Source: Octopus sinensis (lineage: Eukaryota). From it: a stretch of DNA of 64,000 nucleotides. A model generated the notes under the pieces. It was given only the letters and a program-made list of their open reading frames with translations, was not told where the DNA came from and made no database searches. Of the stretch, positions 12,122 through 26,589 are shown one piece after another. Numbering within the stretch: the first letter of the stretch is position 1; each line of letters begins with the position of its first letter. Position numbers and translations under genes: made by a program. The stretch lies in NCBI RefSeq assembly GCF_006345805.1, contig NC_043008.1, positions 6,634,001-6,698,000 of the forward strand, in the 5' to 3' direction.

Positions 12122-12352
12122 AGGTGGCAAGCTGGCAGAAACGTTAGCACGCTGGGCGAAATGTTTAGTGGTATTTCGTCTGTCATTATGTTCTGAGTTC
12201 AAATTCCGTGGAGGTCGACTTTGCCTTTCATCCTTTCAGTGTCGATAAATTAAGTACCAGTTATGCTCTGGGGTCGATGTAATCGACTTAATCTCTTTGT
12301 CTGTCCTTGTTTGTCCCCTCTATGTTTAGCCCCTTGTGGGCAATAAAGAAAT
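12122..12352 (+). mobile_element. SINE family A
   Basis: Full head, body and tail ending AATAAAGAAATA. Confidence 0.85.
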
Positions 12353-12484
12353 AATATATATGTATAAGCATATGGATATGTGTGTGTGTATGTGTACATG
12401 CACATACTTAGAGAGAGATACTAACAAGTACAGTGAGACAGAAAGATAGAGAGACAACACGACAGGCAGCTGGACAGTAAGACA

Positions 12485-12773
12485 GGTTGTGAGTTCAATT
12501 CCAGGACCATGCTGTGTGTTATGTTCTTGAGCAAGATACTTTATTTCATGTTGCTCCAGTTCACTCAGCTGTAGAAGTGAGTTGTGACATCTCTGGTGCC
12601 AATCTATAGTGGTCCCTTTGCCTTTCCCTTGGATAACATTGGTGGCATGGAGTGGGGAGGCTGATATGCATAGGCAACTGCTGGTCTTCCATAAACAACC
12701 TTGCCTGGACTTGTGCCTTAAAGGGGAACTTTCTATATGCAGTCTCACAGTCATTCATGACCGAAGGGGGTCG
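12485..12773 (+). mobile_element. SINE family E
   Basis: Collinear with 15251-15592. Confidence 0.8.
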
Positions 12774-13479
12774 TTACCTTTTATAACAGAAATACTATGA
12801 ATTGTACAGAAGGTGGAATCTGTTGGCGTATGCAGTGGAATGCACCAAACACAATATGATTTATGCTGGTTGTCCTTCAGAAAAAAAAAACTAAATAAAA
12901 GATTCAAAGAGTAATGGTTTGGCATCATGTACAATAAGAGTAGTTTGACAGAACTTGCTGAACATTTTACATGAAATGGTAGTAAATTTGAGAAACACGT
13001 GAACGTAAACATTTTAAGAAAATATTCTGAATCTACAGCACTTTCAGTCCTCAAATCACATGAGGATAAATATATTCGTGAATTGCTAAGTCACGCCCTG
13101 GAGGAATGAATAAAATGACAGGAGAATTCCATCATATTTACTCAAAACTTTTTGATTAAGTGTTCTCTTTCCTGCTTTCTTTTTCTTCTTCTTTCTTTTT
13201 CTTCTTCTTTCTTTTTTTTTTTTCTTTGCTGTCAGTTATGAGGAAGCAAAAGATGACGATGATGTTTTGACTAAAAAGGAACACAGGATATTCTAGTTCA
13301 AATTTTGAATTTATTTCTTCATATTCATTTTGAACCTGAGAAAGACAGACATACAGTCGACAGTCATACAGTTGAAATATTGTTCAATTCAGTAGAGTCA
13401 ATCTTTATTCACTAAAAATCATATTACACTCTTCTTTATTATCATTACCTCTGCCTTAAGGAAGGCAGAGGTAATAATG

Positions 13480-13640
13480 TACACTCTGTGGAGTGGTTGG
13501 CATTAGGAAGGGCATCCAGCTGTAGAAACTAAGCCAAAACAGACTAGAGTCAGGTGCAGCTCTCTAGCTTATCAGTTTCGATGACACCTCTAACCTATGC
13601 CAGCATGGAAAGTGGACACTTGATGACGATAATGATGATA
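13480..13640 (+). mobile_element. Repeat family C 3' end
   Basis: CATTAGGAAGGGCATCCAGCTGTAGAAAC motif plus GAT tail. Confidence 0.7.
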
Positions 13641-13648
13641 TGTGTGTA

Positions 13649-13708
<60 letters not shown>

Positions 13709-13829
13709 AATAAATAATATATATATATCTATGCATACAAGCATATATGTACATACTTACCTCTATACGTATGTATGTATGTCATCATCATCATCATCGT
13801 TTAACGTCTGTTTTCCGCGCTAGCACGGG

Positions 13830-13864
<35 letters not shown>

Positions 13865-14907
13865 CAAATGAATATATATGACTAAGGAAAATAGTCTAAT
13901 AATGGGGCATATAAGCACTCGACAGAAAAAAGTAGGCTTTCCCAAATGCACGAGACTTGAACCCACATCCCTTTGTTAATGCAACTGTATTACCCTTATA
14001 CCAGTGAACTAGCCTCCCTGTTTCTGTCAAATTTAGGAACTATATTGGTTTGTAGTTGTTTTGTGTAAACAAACTTCTATGTACTTTCGGTGCGAATGGT
14101 TTTGTTATACACTGTCGAGTTTTGCAATCCTGTAAATAATAATATTTTTTACATTTATATATATATATATATGTATGTATGTATGTATCCATATATCTTT
14201 AAGTATTGAAAATTTGACAAAATTTCAAAATCAGTCGCTTTTACTTTCAAGCTGTGTACCATTTTATTCATCAATTTTATGCGTAATTTGATTTAGTTAT
14301 GCAGAATATCCTGCATATTTATAGAATATATTCCACCATATATTCTGTAAGAACCAAAGTTCAGCAAATTTAACTTGAGATAAGTAGATACACACTGGAA
14401 AAGAACTGAATGAATAAAAATGGAAAGCAAAATTTCTATGATCATGGTAAAAAGAAAGAAGGGAAAGAATATTTGCGGTTTGGGTCTGATCAGAAATATG
14501 TTAAACATAGCTTAAAAAAAAAAAAAAAAAGTGACTATGGATTTATTTCAGAAAGAACAACAGATATATTTTAAAAAATTGATATTGTTTGAATGTGTTG
14601 AAATCTTGATACAAAAATAAGGAATATAATAAAAAAAAAAAAAAATGGGAGCCTATTTTTTTTGTTTGTGTCAATCAATAATTGGATAGAAATCTATTGG
14701 CAGGAGATTGTGATGGAATGGAGGGGAAAAACACAACCTTTATTCTAATGGTTTTAACATGTATCTATTGACTTCATGTGCATAGTTCATCTATTTTGGT
14801 ACAAACACCAGTTAATGGGGTTCTTTAGAGGTGTATGTACATGTGCAAGCTCTATTTAGGATTCACAAAGAGACAAAATATATATGAGTATGTATATGGA
14901 TGTATGT

Positions 14908-15224
14908 GTGGAGGCGCATTGGCCTAGTGGTTAGGGCAGTGGACTCGCGGTCGTAGGATCGCGGTTTCGATTCCCAGACCGGGCGTTGTGAGTGTTTATT
15001 GAGCGAAAACACCTAAAGCCAAAAGCTCCACAAGGCTCCGGCAGGGGTGGTGGCGATCCCTGCTGTACTCTTTCGCCACAACTTTCTCTCACTCTTTCTT
15101 CTGTTGGCCTGCTTGCTTAGCCAGCGGGGTGGCGTCATTTGAAGGCTAAAACAATGCGAAGCGCATTGTGACCAGCGATGTGTAGCAACATCTGATGGCC
15201 TGGTCAGTCACGGTGATCACGGTG
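14908..15224 (+). mobile_element. tRNA-derived SINE family D
   Basis: A box TGGCCTAGTGG, B box GGTTTCGATTCC; 14-bp TSD ATATGGATGTATGT; second copy at 31237. Confidence 0.85.
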
Positions 15225-15250
15225 ATATGGATGTATGTATATATGGAAGG

Positions 15251-15592
15251 GTGAAGGCACATGCTCAATGGTTAGAGTGTCGAGCTTACGATCGTGAGGT
15301 TGTGAGCTCAAATCCAGGAGCAGGCTGCGTGTTGTGTTCTTGACCAAGACACTTTATTTCACGCTGCTCCAGTTCACTCAGCTGTAGAAATGAGTTGCAA
15401 CGTCACTGGTGCCAAGCTGTATCGGCCCCTTTGCCTTTCCCTTGGATAACACTGGTGGCGTGGAGAGGGGAGGCTGGTATGCATGGGCAACTGTTGGTCT
15501 TCCATAAAATAACCTAGCCTGAACCTGTGCCTGGGAGGGTAACTTCCTAGGTGCAATCCCATGGTCTGTGTCGTGACCGCAGGAGGTCTCAG
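15251..15592 (+). mobile_element. SINE family E, full length
   Basis: tRNA-like head; TSD ATATATGGAAGG on both sides. Confidence 0.85.
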
Positions 15593-16696
15593 ATATATGG
15601 AAGGATAGATGGAAGAATGGAGAGAGGGATAGGTACCAAGGAAATGTATTGCATTCTCCCAATGTCTGTGCTCAATTTTCAACCCTTTCTGTCACCAAAC
15701 CCTTATAAGAATCTGACCTAAAATTTACAGTCAGTAACCGTACGATGTATATGGAAGTTACTAGTATAAATCTGTATAGCTGTGTGTGTGAAGACAGAGA
15801 GAGAGAGAGAGAGAGAAAGGAAGTGGTAGTAGTTGTGGTGGTAGTGGTTGTGATGGTGTTGGTAGTGGTCCAAATAGACACTAGACTTGGCTGGAACACT
15901 TAGCAAGACAAGAGAAGAACCTGAATAAGACAATTGCTCCGATAATTTTGCTTTCCCAAGAGAGTCGTGATTTAAAGACAAAGAGATGTTCCATGACTAA
16001 AACTCTTCTACTAAATCTGAAGGAAACGGTGATTGGTAACGTCTACAAACACAGCACTTTAAGACAAATGATAAGACAGAGAAAACAAATTTGGAAGAAA
16101 TGTAAAGAAAAATGGTTTGAAAGTTGGGGGGAAAAAAAACAAAAATAAAACCAACATTATCTAAGAATAGAAATAAAAAAATAAAGAAAAATATTAAACA
16201 GATAACTGGTTTCCAATATCCCAGCTGGGAAATCTCCTGCCCCTTTTCTCTATCCAACATATTGCAAGTAACGAACGACATTGTTGTAGCCTAGAATTGC
16301 TGACTAAAGGGATTAATGGACATTGTTCAGTGTTTTAGAAGTCATAGAAAATGAAACAATATTATTGTTTTCCTTTGTTGTAAGTCTCCTATAAAAGATA
16401 TCACAAGAAGTCTCTGTTCCATTCACAGTGAGAAGAATAGTTATACAATACAGCAACAGACCAGTATACTAGTTAACCAGTTACCAGTGAGCTGGTAGAT
16501 CAGTACACTAGCACGCTAGTGGACAAATGCGTTTTTTTTTGTTTTTGTTTTTTTATATATCTCCTACACTTTAATAGAGCAGCAAAATTATGTATAACAA
16601 AATGAGGCCCAGGTGGTTGTAAATCTCAACAGCTAACACTAGGTTACAGTTTCAAACTCTGATATTACTACTACTTCAATATATTATATGACCTCA

Positions 16697-16967
16697 AGGT
16701 GGTGAGCTGGCAGAAATGTTAGCACATCGGGTGAAATGCCTAGCGGTATTTCGTCTGCCGCTACGTTCTGAGTTCAAATTCTGCTGAGGTCGACTTTGCC
16801 TTTCATCCTTTCGGGGTCGATAAATTAAGTACCAGTTACGCACTGGGGTTGATATAATCGACATCTGTGGTATGGAGAGAGAGGAGACTGGTATGCATTG
16901 GCAACCGCTGGTCTTCCATAAACAATCTTACCTGGACTTCTGCTTTGGAGGGTAACTTTCTAGGTGC
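16697..16967 (+). mobile_element. SINE A 5' part fused to SINE E 3' part
   Basis: A sequence to ~16862, then E body (GGTCTTCCATAAACAA...GGGTAACTTTCTAGGTGC). Confidence 0.7.
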
Positions 16968-17367
16968 TATATGGCTCAGAAACCTGGACGTTATCAAAGA
17001 AGCTTGAGAGGTGGTTGGATGGAACTTACACTCGCCTCCTTATGAGAGCTCAAAATCTCTTGTGGAAGTGTCATCCAACCAAGGTACAAATATATGGGAA
17101 ATTACACCTGTATCATCTCTTGTGAAAGGTAGAAGAGTCCAGTTTGCTGGACATTATTATAGAGCTGAAAACGGGGTAATTTCTCCTCTTCTCCTCTGGA
17201 AGCCATCTGCTCGCGATACCAGAGGGCGCACACTCTCCTACCCTGATGTAATCTCCAGGGATACAGGCATCCAGCAACAGGACCTCCGTAATGCTATGAT
17301 GGACCGTGAAATCTGGCGTAACATAGTAAATTCCATTGTCTCGACCACGGTTGAACAATGATGATGA
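16968..17367 (+). mobile_element. RTE-clade LINE, 5'-truncated 3' end
   Basis: LYGSETWTLSKKLERWLDGTYTRLLMRAQN... RRVQFAGHYYR...AMMDREIWR; (TGA)n tail; 9-bp TSD TCTAGGTGC at 16959-16967 and 17368-17376. Confidence 0.85.
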
Positions 17368-17689
17368 TCTAGGTGCGATTTCATTGTCATTATATATATA
17401 CATGCACATCTGTATATGCATAATGATAATTATATAAGTGTGTATCAGCAAAGGTCTATTTCTTGTGATGGGTTCCAAGTTCTGCAGCATACATTAAAAC
17501 AAATATCCAATGCATGTTTTCCTCTTTGTTGTTGCTTGTTGACCAGAACTGATCCTGTCAATCTTGATTAAGCAAACCAATACTTAAAGATATTTTGGCA
17601 GTCTGCCTCACTGGGGGAGTTTGGGCAAATCTGTATCTAATATGCGCTCAGCCCAGACATACATAAAGTCAATGTTTAAAAGTATTCTT

Positions 17690-18272
17690 GTATTCTTGTA
17701 TTCTTGTATTCTTATATTCTTTCACTTGTTTCAGTCATTTGCCTGTAGCCATGCTGGAGCACTGCCTTGAAGGGTTTTAGGCTGAGAAATCAACCCCAGG
17801 ACTTATTCTTTGTAAGCCTAATACATATTCTATCGATCTCTTTTGTTGAACCACCAAGTCATGGGAACATAAACACATCAATACCAGTTGTCAAGTGATG
17901 GTGGGGGGGGGCAGACACAATGACATACACTCATAGATATATACATTCATACATACATACATTTATATATGCATATATATATATATATATTGACTGGCCT
18001 CCTCCCCAAAAATTGTGGGTCTTGTGCCTAGAGTAGAAAAGTTTATGAATGTTGTAAAGGTGGTGAGCTGGCAGAAACGTTAGCATGCTGGACGAAATGC
18101 ATAGTGGTATTTCGTCTGTCTTTACATTCTGAGTTCAAATTCCACCAAAGTTGACTTTGACTTTCATCCTTTTGGGGTCAATAAATTAAATACCAGTTGC
18201 GTACTGGGGTCAATCAAATCGACTGGCTCCTTCCCCCAAAATATCAAGCCTTGTGCCTAGATTAGAAAAGAT
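17690..18272. mobile_element. SINE B fragment (minus, ~17690-17930) and SINE A (plus, ~18057-18272)
   Basis: Family motifs as above. Confidence 0.7.
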
Positions 18273-19259
18273 TATATATCAGCAAGCTATGAGCTGTTTA
18301 TCTTAATACCCAATCGACACAGTTATTCTTTCCACCCCAACAATTCCACTTCTATGTTTGAGCAGGTAGAAATATTTAATTTGTCATATTTTATTTAGAT
18401 ACACTTCACGAAACATAACTTCCAGTTAATTAACATCTTAATAGCAGAAAAATATGGGTTATGCATGACTGAATATGTTAAAAATAAAAAAATCATCTTG
18501 TTTATTTTTTTTTTTTAGATTTTAAGTTTCTTTATTTATTTGTTCGTGTATGATACAAATAAAGAAGGCATTTGTAGTCGAATTATGGGGGAATTGGTAA
18601 TAATGGTTGTGGTGGTGATGATATTATTAATATTGGTAAAAGGTGCTGGGATGGTGGCGCTAATAATGATAGAGGTAAAAGTAATGTTGTTGCTGTGAGT
18701 CATCAAAATAATGATTATGATAATGATGATAGTAGTAGTAGTGTTAGTAATAATGATATTAAACATAGTTCAGCTGATGGTAATAATAGAAGACAGCATT
18801 GGTAATAATACTAATAATGATTATAATGATAATAATGATGATGATGATGATGATGCTGATGGTGATGCTGACGCTGATGTTGATGATGATGATATTGGTA
18901 TCGTTATTGATTGGCAGCAACAGTGGTAGTGAAATTATGAAATTATTAAGCAGAATAATAATCAAAATTAAATAGCAAGAAAGAAAGGATAGTCGCAAAC
19001 AAAGGTGAATGTGTATTGAAATATATCGATCAGAGTGTACAAAAGAGGAGAATAGGTTGTTTTACATTTAGAAAGACTAAGATGTATACTAAGGTACTAA
19101 GGTACTGAGGTACTATGGTTTTGGGGGTAGATGCAGCTAAATTTTACCTCTAAATATTTGGAATAAGTATATAAATGTGTGTGTGTGTGGTGGTGGGTGG
19201 GTACAGAAGGTGGCCAAATGATGGGATCATTAGAACATCAGAAAGATCCTCCTCCTCTT

Positions 19260-19363
19260 TCTCATCATCATCGTCATCATCCTCCTCATCATCATCATTG
19301 TCATCATTATCATTGTCATCATCATGATTATCATGATCATCATTGTCATCACCATCATCTTTG

Positions 19364-19397
<34 letters not shown>

Positions 19398-19462
19398 TGT
19401 CATCACCATCGTCGTCATCATCATCATCATCATCATCATCTTCATCATCATCATCTTCATCA
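19260..19462. repeat. (CAT)n imperfect microsatellite, tail of a minus-strand family C relic
   Basis: Read directly; followed by TTTAACATCTGTCTTCCATGC. Confidence 0.85.
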
Positions 19463-19992
19463 CCCTTTAACATCTGTCTTCCATGCTTGAATGTGTTGAA
19501 TTGTTTGACAGGAACTGGCTTGTCAGACGACTGCCCCCCCCCCAGCTCCCCTTCCTAACATCATATATATATATATTCATATATATTCATATATACATAT
19601 AGGTGCAGGTGTGGTAGTGTGGTAAGCAGCTTGCTTACCAACCACATGGTTCTGAGTTCAATTCCGTATATATGATGGACTCTCCTCTTGAGGACAACAC
19701 ATGAGTGCTCAGCTTTTGCCGAATGATCTGCCCAAAGGATTTGTTTTTAATGACCAAATGCTTCTTCCCCTCATTAGCTCTCTCTCCATCATATCAACGT
19801 TGTCTGAAGAGATTCATAAGTGTACAACCATACATGAATGAGCGTCCAATAATACTATACTTGTTCCACATCCTCGCGTTGTTGTGTTTTCTCTTTGTGT
19901 TTTCATGTTTAAAAATACATGCAGGAAGGATAGGAAAATATTAGATTTTTAAGCCTTAAAAATTCACTCCATAATTGTCCATGGGAATATAT

Positions 19993-20224
19993 ATTTCTTT
20001 ATTGCCCACAAGGGGCTAGACATAGAGGGGACAAACAACAACAGACAAAGGGATTAAGTCAATAACATCGACCCCACTGCGTAACTGGTACTTTATTTAT
20101 CGACCCCGAAAGGATGAAAGGCAAAGTCAACCTCGGTGGAATTTGAACTCACAACGTAACGACAGACGAAATACAGCAACGCATTTCGCCCGGCGTGCTA
20201 ACGTTTCTCCCAGCTCACTGCCTT
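19993..20224 (-). mobile_element. SINE family A
   Basis: Reverse complement of 10729-10959. Confidence 0.85.
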
Positions 20225-20295
20225 AGTGGTTAAGTGCACGGGCTACTAACCCCAAGATTCCAAGTTTGATTCTAGGCAGTGACCTGAATAATGAT

Positions 20296-20344
<49 letters not shown>

Positions 20345-20466
20345 TCAAAAAATACCTTAGGAATGAGAACCCAGGTTTGAAATTTCCCCAAGACACCTGA
20401 TGAAGGCTGGAAGATATATCAGCCGAAACATTGTGTTAACAGTGAAGATGAGGACAAATATCCGTT
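20225..20466 (+). mobile_element. Family G arm (tRNA head, (AAT)n, hammerhead)
   Basis: AGTGGTTAAG...GGGCTACTAACCCC...GTTTGATTC head; HHR at 20392-20437. Confidence 0.8.
20392..20437 (+). ncRNA. Minimal type I hammerhead motif
   Basis: GACAC-CTGATGA-A-GGCTG..CAGCC-GAAA-C-ATT-GTGTT. Confidence 0.65.
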
Positions 20467-21659
20467 ACTCAAGAGTCTAAAGCTATTTTCCATGTATCAA
20501 ATTCTAATTTAGTCAAACAAAGAAATTTTGTAATGTCTTTTTTAAACCCTCCACATGTTGTTGCTGTTGTTATTGTTATTTAACCTCAAACTACCTATAA
20601 TTGAGTGGTTTATGAAAGACATTCTAAGTGGGACCAGCTTATACATTTGTGCATTAAGGACAACTCTATCAAATGTATATGTTCATAAGAGGACAGAGTA
20701 TGAATTAAAGGAAATTTGGCTGCTATTTTAAGCTGGTTGAGTAATGATGTAGAAGCTGTCTCATTATGCAGAGGGAGATTAGATAACAGTGAGATCAAAA
20801 GGACCACAAATAGGGAGAATTGGCATAGTACTTCTTTCTTTTTTTTTTTGAAGGATATTTATAACCAGACAAGTTATAATGAAAGTTTTCAGAAGAGTCA
20901 AGTTAAAATCACAATCATAAAGAACATTGCAATTTTTCTAACAAGAAGAACCGATGTTAAATTACATCTCTTGCTAAATCTAATGAGATGTTCATAGAGA
21001 ACAAAATAGAAATAACTCGATGGCTTGTAGTTGCTGACTATGAAAAGGCATCGACAATAGCAATTACAATAATATTAATGGTTGTTATGTTGGTCCATAT
21101 TTTTGCTTGTAGTTGGAGAGGAAATATGACATAAAATAAGGAAATAACAGAAGAAAAAAATAATATGGGAGAAATTACTCAAAATATGAGATTAAAGATA
21201 TTTTGTTATTATAGAATGCTTTCTTTAAAATTGCGGTTTTGTTTTTCATAATTTTGTTCTATTTTTTTGTATTTATTAAGTTTACAAATAAATTTACAAA
21301 TAACTTCAGAATGGGAGGAAGAGTAAAGAATACAAATCTCTCTTGGACTGTGGAGCAAAAAAGAAAAGTCCATTGTTTGACAACAATCTCTGTACAACAG
21401 CACAAAAACCAATGTCTAGTCTATATGGCTCCATTTTTACAGTTATTCTAAAGCAGACTGCATTATAACAAAGTTGGAAGGGAGATTTATGGCGAATTTG
21501 ATGGAACTTTTTTTTTTATTCTTTTACGTCTGTGATGCAATTGAATACAAGGGTCTTTTGTGATGATGAAGCACTAGCTGGGTGTTATATGATATATATT
21601 ACACTTTGGGCTGATATAAATGGATGTACGATAGTCTCTCTCTCTCTCTCTCTCCCTCT

Positions 21660-21674
21660 CAATATATATACAAG

Positions 21675-21707
<33 letters not shown>

Positions 21708-21855
21708 TACATACATATATACATACATATATATATATATATGTACATATATATGTATATATATATGTGTATATATATATATATATGTATACATGTATAT
21801 AATATATATATATATATATATATACATATATATTACATATATATATATACATATA

Positions 21856-21896
<41 letters not shown>

Positions 21897-22115
21897 ACAT
21901 ATATATATATATGTATATATATACATATATATGTGTATATATATGTGTGTATATATGTATATATATGTATATATGTGCGTATATATATATATATGTATAT
22001 ATATGTGTGTATATATATACACACATATATATATACACATATATATATATATATGTATATATATACATATATATATATATATTATATATACATACATATA
22101 TGTATGTATGTATAT
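21660..22115. repeat. Compound (AT)n/(AC)n/(GT)n microsatellite
   Basis: Read directly. Confidence 0.95.
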
Positions 22116-22662
22116 ATTATCCCATGGTGAATACACACGGCAATATATTACTGTACTGTCAATGAGTGTTATGCTCTGCAAAAGTTAGTGTTAGATGTTG
22201 ATGGTTTACCTGAGATAAATTTTTATAACAAATTTCAGCTTTAACTGACAACTTCTGCACAGCATAAAATTCAATTTAGCTAACAATTTCTGTATTGTAA
22301 TAAAATGAAGTGTTACCAGTATGTAGTATGTATGCTGCAAAAAAAGAAAAAAACACTGTGTATTGTGTCATTTTGTATTGTTACCTGTAAAAGTGAAGAT
22401 GGTTCAGTCAGTTCTATTACATAAGATGATTCAATTCCAGTGTTACAGCTAAGACTTATTTAAATGTCTTCTCTCGTCTTTCTTGTCTGCTTAAGTATTA
22501 TTAGCGATGGTAGATGGAAAGTGATCTTTCCAAATGTGAGATTAATATTTTATCCATACACTCATTATACTTTAGAGGTGGAGAAATGTGGTAATAGTCA
22601 ATTAGTAAATAATTATGTTTAAAAAAAATCAGAAAGAAAGAAAATGAAAACTAGAGATTAAT

Positions 22663-22912
22663 ATACAGTTCTATATTTAAGAGATGAGGAATTATGGACA
22701 TTATTTACATTTGATGGATATTTGTCCTCAACTTGTTTGTTGTTAACACAACATTTCGGCTGATATACCCTCCAGCCTTCATCAGGTGTCTTTGGGAAAT
22801 TTCGAACCTGGTTTCTCATTCTTAAATTATTTTTGATGTTATTATTATTATTATTGCTTGAAATCAAACTTGGAATCTCGGGGTTAGTAGCCTGCGCTCT
22901 TAACCACTATGC
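22663..22912 (-). mobile_element. Family G arm with defined terminus TACAGTTCTA
   Basis: Reverse complement of the 20225 and 35870 arms; HHR at 22745-22790 (GAAA-T-GTT-GTGTT). Confidence 0.8.
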
Positions 22913-24869
22913 TATCTTATGTCCAGCAAATATAACATTATATTGATTGGAGTGTTATTTAATGTGGCCAACCTATTGCAGTGTTTGTACAAGTGACACA
23001 CATGCCCTTATCAAGAACTGCCGCTTTCAGTATTACATAAGAGATCAGATGTATAAGAAATTATTTAATATTAGTTTGTGTTTGTTTTAATGTTCATATA
23101 TTGGAATGGAAATTGACTTATTACCTGAATCAACATTGATTTATGTTGCACATAAATTCATATATGTGTATATATTTATGTTTGTTATAGAAACCTTAGA
23201 ATTAACACACAAATCATTATATGTCTGTATGTTGATGCATATTATAGAAATCTCATTTCAACATTCAGTAATCTTTGTTTGTTGGGTCCTCGACATCTAC
23301 TGAGTTATGACACAACTGCATGCCTAAGGTATTTTAAACCAGGTGAAAATCATCTGAATACTTCCAGAGAGGAGATATGACCTAAAGCTAGCACACCTAA
23401 ATAAACACTACTGATTACAAAGATTTACATATCTAATTAAACGCTGAACAATAGCTTCCAATTTCCCAAAACAAATAGGTAAAATCTTCTATTGGTGTTA
23501 AAATACCTACTAGTAAAAAAAATTTCGACATCTGTTGACCAACTAACCCTCTCATATATTTTCTTTTGTGAATCCAAGAAAACAAACCCAATGACCTGAA
23601 ACTGACACACACGGTTAGACAAGCTAAATTCAGACTGAATTTTTTGAAATAAATTTTCTATGACAGGATGCCCTTCCTGTCACCAACCTTCACCTGTTTT
23701 CAAGCGATGTGATATTTCATTGCAGTTAGACAGGATGTAATATTTGCAACGAAGGACATTCATTTACAACTACCACATGCCAAAATGAGCAGACACCTAT
23801 AGGACACATGCACACACACACAGGCGCACACACTCACACACACACAAACATAAATACAGAAACACAGCGACACACAGAGACACATATATAAATATATCTA
23901 TCTATGTATATATATATATATAGACACACACATACACACACACACAAACATAGAAATACAGATAAATAGACACACACACACACACAAACACATAAATACA
24001 GATACATAGAGACACACAGACACATATGTAAATATATCTATCTATGTATGTATTTAGATACACACACACACGTCTATACATTTATATACAAATACATATA
24101 CACATGCAAATTTATATGTATTATATACATATACATATATGGACTTATATATATACCTATATATTTATGTATGTGTATATATATATATATGTACTTATAT
24201 ATGCACGTGCATATGTGTGTGTAAATGTACATCATCTGTTTGTTAGGTGCTGAAAATTTCCTTTAGAATTCTTTCCTGCTGGCATCAAGAGAGATCAGCC
24301 GAAATAGCTTGCTACTTGGTTTCCAAGTTTATTATCGTTTGTTGTTCAGCTCTGACAGACCCATCTTCAAACCAAAAATTAAGTGACTTCAAATAGTATT
24401 TAAAAATTGAAAAATTGTATAACACTGAAATCAATAAACCTTGTCGATATACACAGTGCTATAAAATACAGAATGTAGAAAGGTTGTGATATTCAGAAGC
24501 TAAATATATTTATGTGTATATAATGTACAACGCAGACAATAGTCAAACGTCAATAATATTTTTGTGCGTAGAAAAGCAAATTATAAAATATTGTCGATAT
24601 GATATTATATTAGAGGGAAAAACAAACTTGTTATCAAAGAACAAAGAATTCTGTATGTATTATAACATTAAGAAATAGAAATGATATACAACTGTTGAGA
24701 GTTGGATAAAAATAAACCGTGTGGAGTTATTTTTGCACATTAAGTATAGTTGATACGTAATGTCTTGGTGAGGAAAAATGTCAAACAAATAGTGAATTTC
24801 CATGTTAATGACGGCGGAGAACAATGGACAAAAATATTCTGTGCAAATTAGCTCCTACATAGAATATTG

Positions 24870-25033
24870 TACATATATACATACATATATATATATATAT
24901 ATAATATACATATATATACATATACACATATATATACACACATATATATATACATACATGTATATATATATATACACATACATATATATATATACATATA
25001 CACACATATATACACACATATAGACACATATAT

Positions 25034-25068
<35 letters not shown>

Positions 25069-25210
25069 CACATACATATAGATATACATATACACATATA
25101 TATATACACACACATATATATACACACATATATGCACATATATACACATATACACACACATTTATACATATACACACATACATATGCACACATACATATA
25201 CACATATACA

Positions 25211-25265
<55 letters not shown>
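24870..25265. repeat. Compound (AT)/(AC) microsatellite
   Basis: Read directly. Confidence 0.95.
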
Positions 25266-25270
<5 letters not shown>

Positions 25271-26013
25271 TCTTAGGGAATAATAATTATTCCAGGTTAT
25301 CAGGATATTTATTCTTTTACACTTTACTAATGCAAAGCAAACAGTATCAATTATAATATTACAAATTTGGACCTCTCATGATATCCTTAAAGTTAGGAAC
25401 TTCCAACACTCCCACGTATATGCATATGTACACACACACACACACACTCACTCACAAACATAGTGGGGCACAATGAGTAATTTCTGATTTCTTGCTATTT
25501 CTCCTTTGCAATGTTGCATCATCTATGGGTGTAAAAATTGGTCGGTATAGTTGTTTGTCGAAGAGTTCAAAACATTGTCAAGTGATAGGTACTTTGTTTT
25601 CAAAAGATGATTCTTCTATTTTGACTCAATTTACGGTTGCTGAAATATTCTTTTCTCTCCTGGATTCCAAGTCAATTTTTTCCCCAGACTAATAATTCTA
25701 ATTTGAACAGTTTCAGATTGCAAAAGCATGATGTCAATACTGGGGCAAAATGAGTAAAGACCAAATTCAATAATTTCTTTAAATGCATGGTACATAAATA
25801 TATTCATGAAGGGAGCCACTCCAGCAGATTGAGAAGAAGTTGTAGAGAATATTTCAGGTTGAGATTTAGATTTAGTGGAGCTTCATTGATTTCATATCAT
25901 GTGCCATTTTCCCATGATCCTCCTTCAATTTGACCTTGAGATTAAAAATTTTTTTTGCATTTCTGACCTTTCAGTTGTCTAAGGATGGCTACTGATGTGT
26001 ATGAGTCTTTTCA

Positions 26014-26226
26014 CCCTTTCATTACCAACCCAGCTGAAACCAGCCCTGGCTCTGAGTACAAATGTCTTGTTTTTATAAGTTTTGAATTAAAATCTTCCAC
26101 CAAACCTTAGTTTATGTTCCTAACACTAGCTGAATGATGATTAAGTTATTTTACTAAAGTCTTTGTTTATTTAAAGTAATTGTAAGAAACACAGAGCATC
26201 ACAAAATAAATACGGTAATGAAAGGG
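26014..26226 (+). mobile_element. piggyBac-type MITE
   Basis: CCCTTTC...GAAAGGG|TTAA; collinear with 9267-9488. Confidence 0.8.
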
Positions 26227-26589
26227 TTAAATGTAATTCTGAAGAATTCAAGAGGCAAATTAACCTTTTCTTGTCTTACACTTTCTGCCCCAGCTAAATT
26301 TGTCTTTTATATGTGCTCAAAGAGAACAGAACTAATTTCCTGAAATAGTGTCAAATTATGTTATAATGTTTTTAATGCATTCAGAGAAGGCCATCTGCGT
26401 AGTTGATATAGTTTTTGTAATGTTGGGAATATTTGTGAAAAATAGTTTTTCTCAGTCTCTCTCTCTCTCTCTCTCTCACGTTGTGCACCATCTCTCTCTC
26501 TCTCTCTTTCTCTCTATAAATTTGGTAATATAAAACAGGAAAATAGAAATCAAAACATAAGTATATTTTTTCTTGCAGATCATTAATAA

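Noticed and set aside
12790-12880. Possible minus-strand exon after a T-rich acceptor
   Set aside because: No convincing donor site and no recognisable peptide.
14908-14990. Functional tRNA gene (also at 31237, 35870, 50954)
   Set aside because: A/B boxes are present, but cloverleaf pairing is poor and each continues into a repeat body; these are SINE heads.
25490-25870. Possible coding relic in unique sequence
   Set aside because: Stops in the candidate frames and no recognisable motif.
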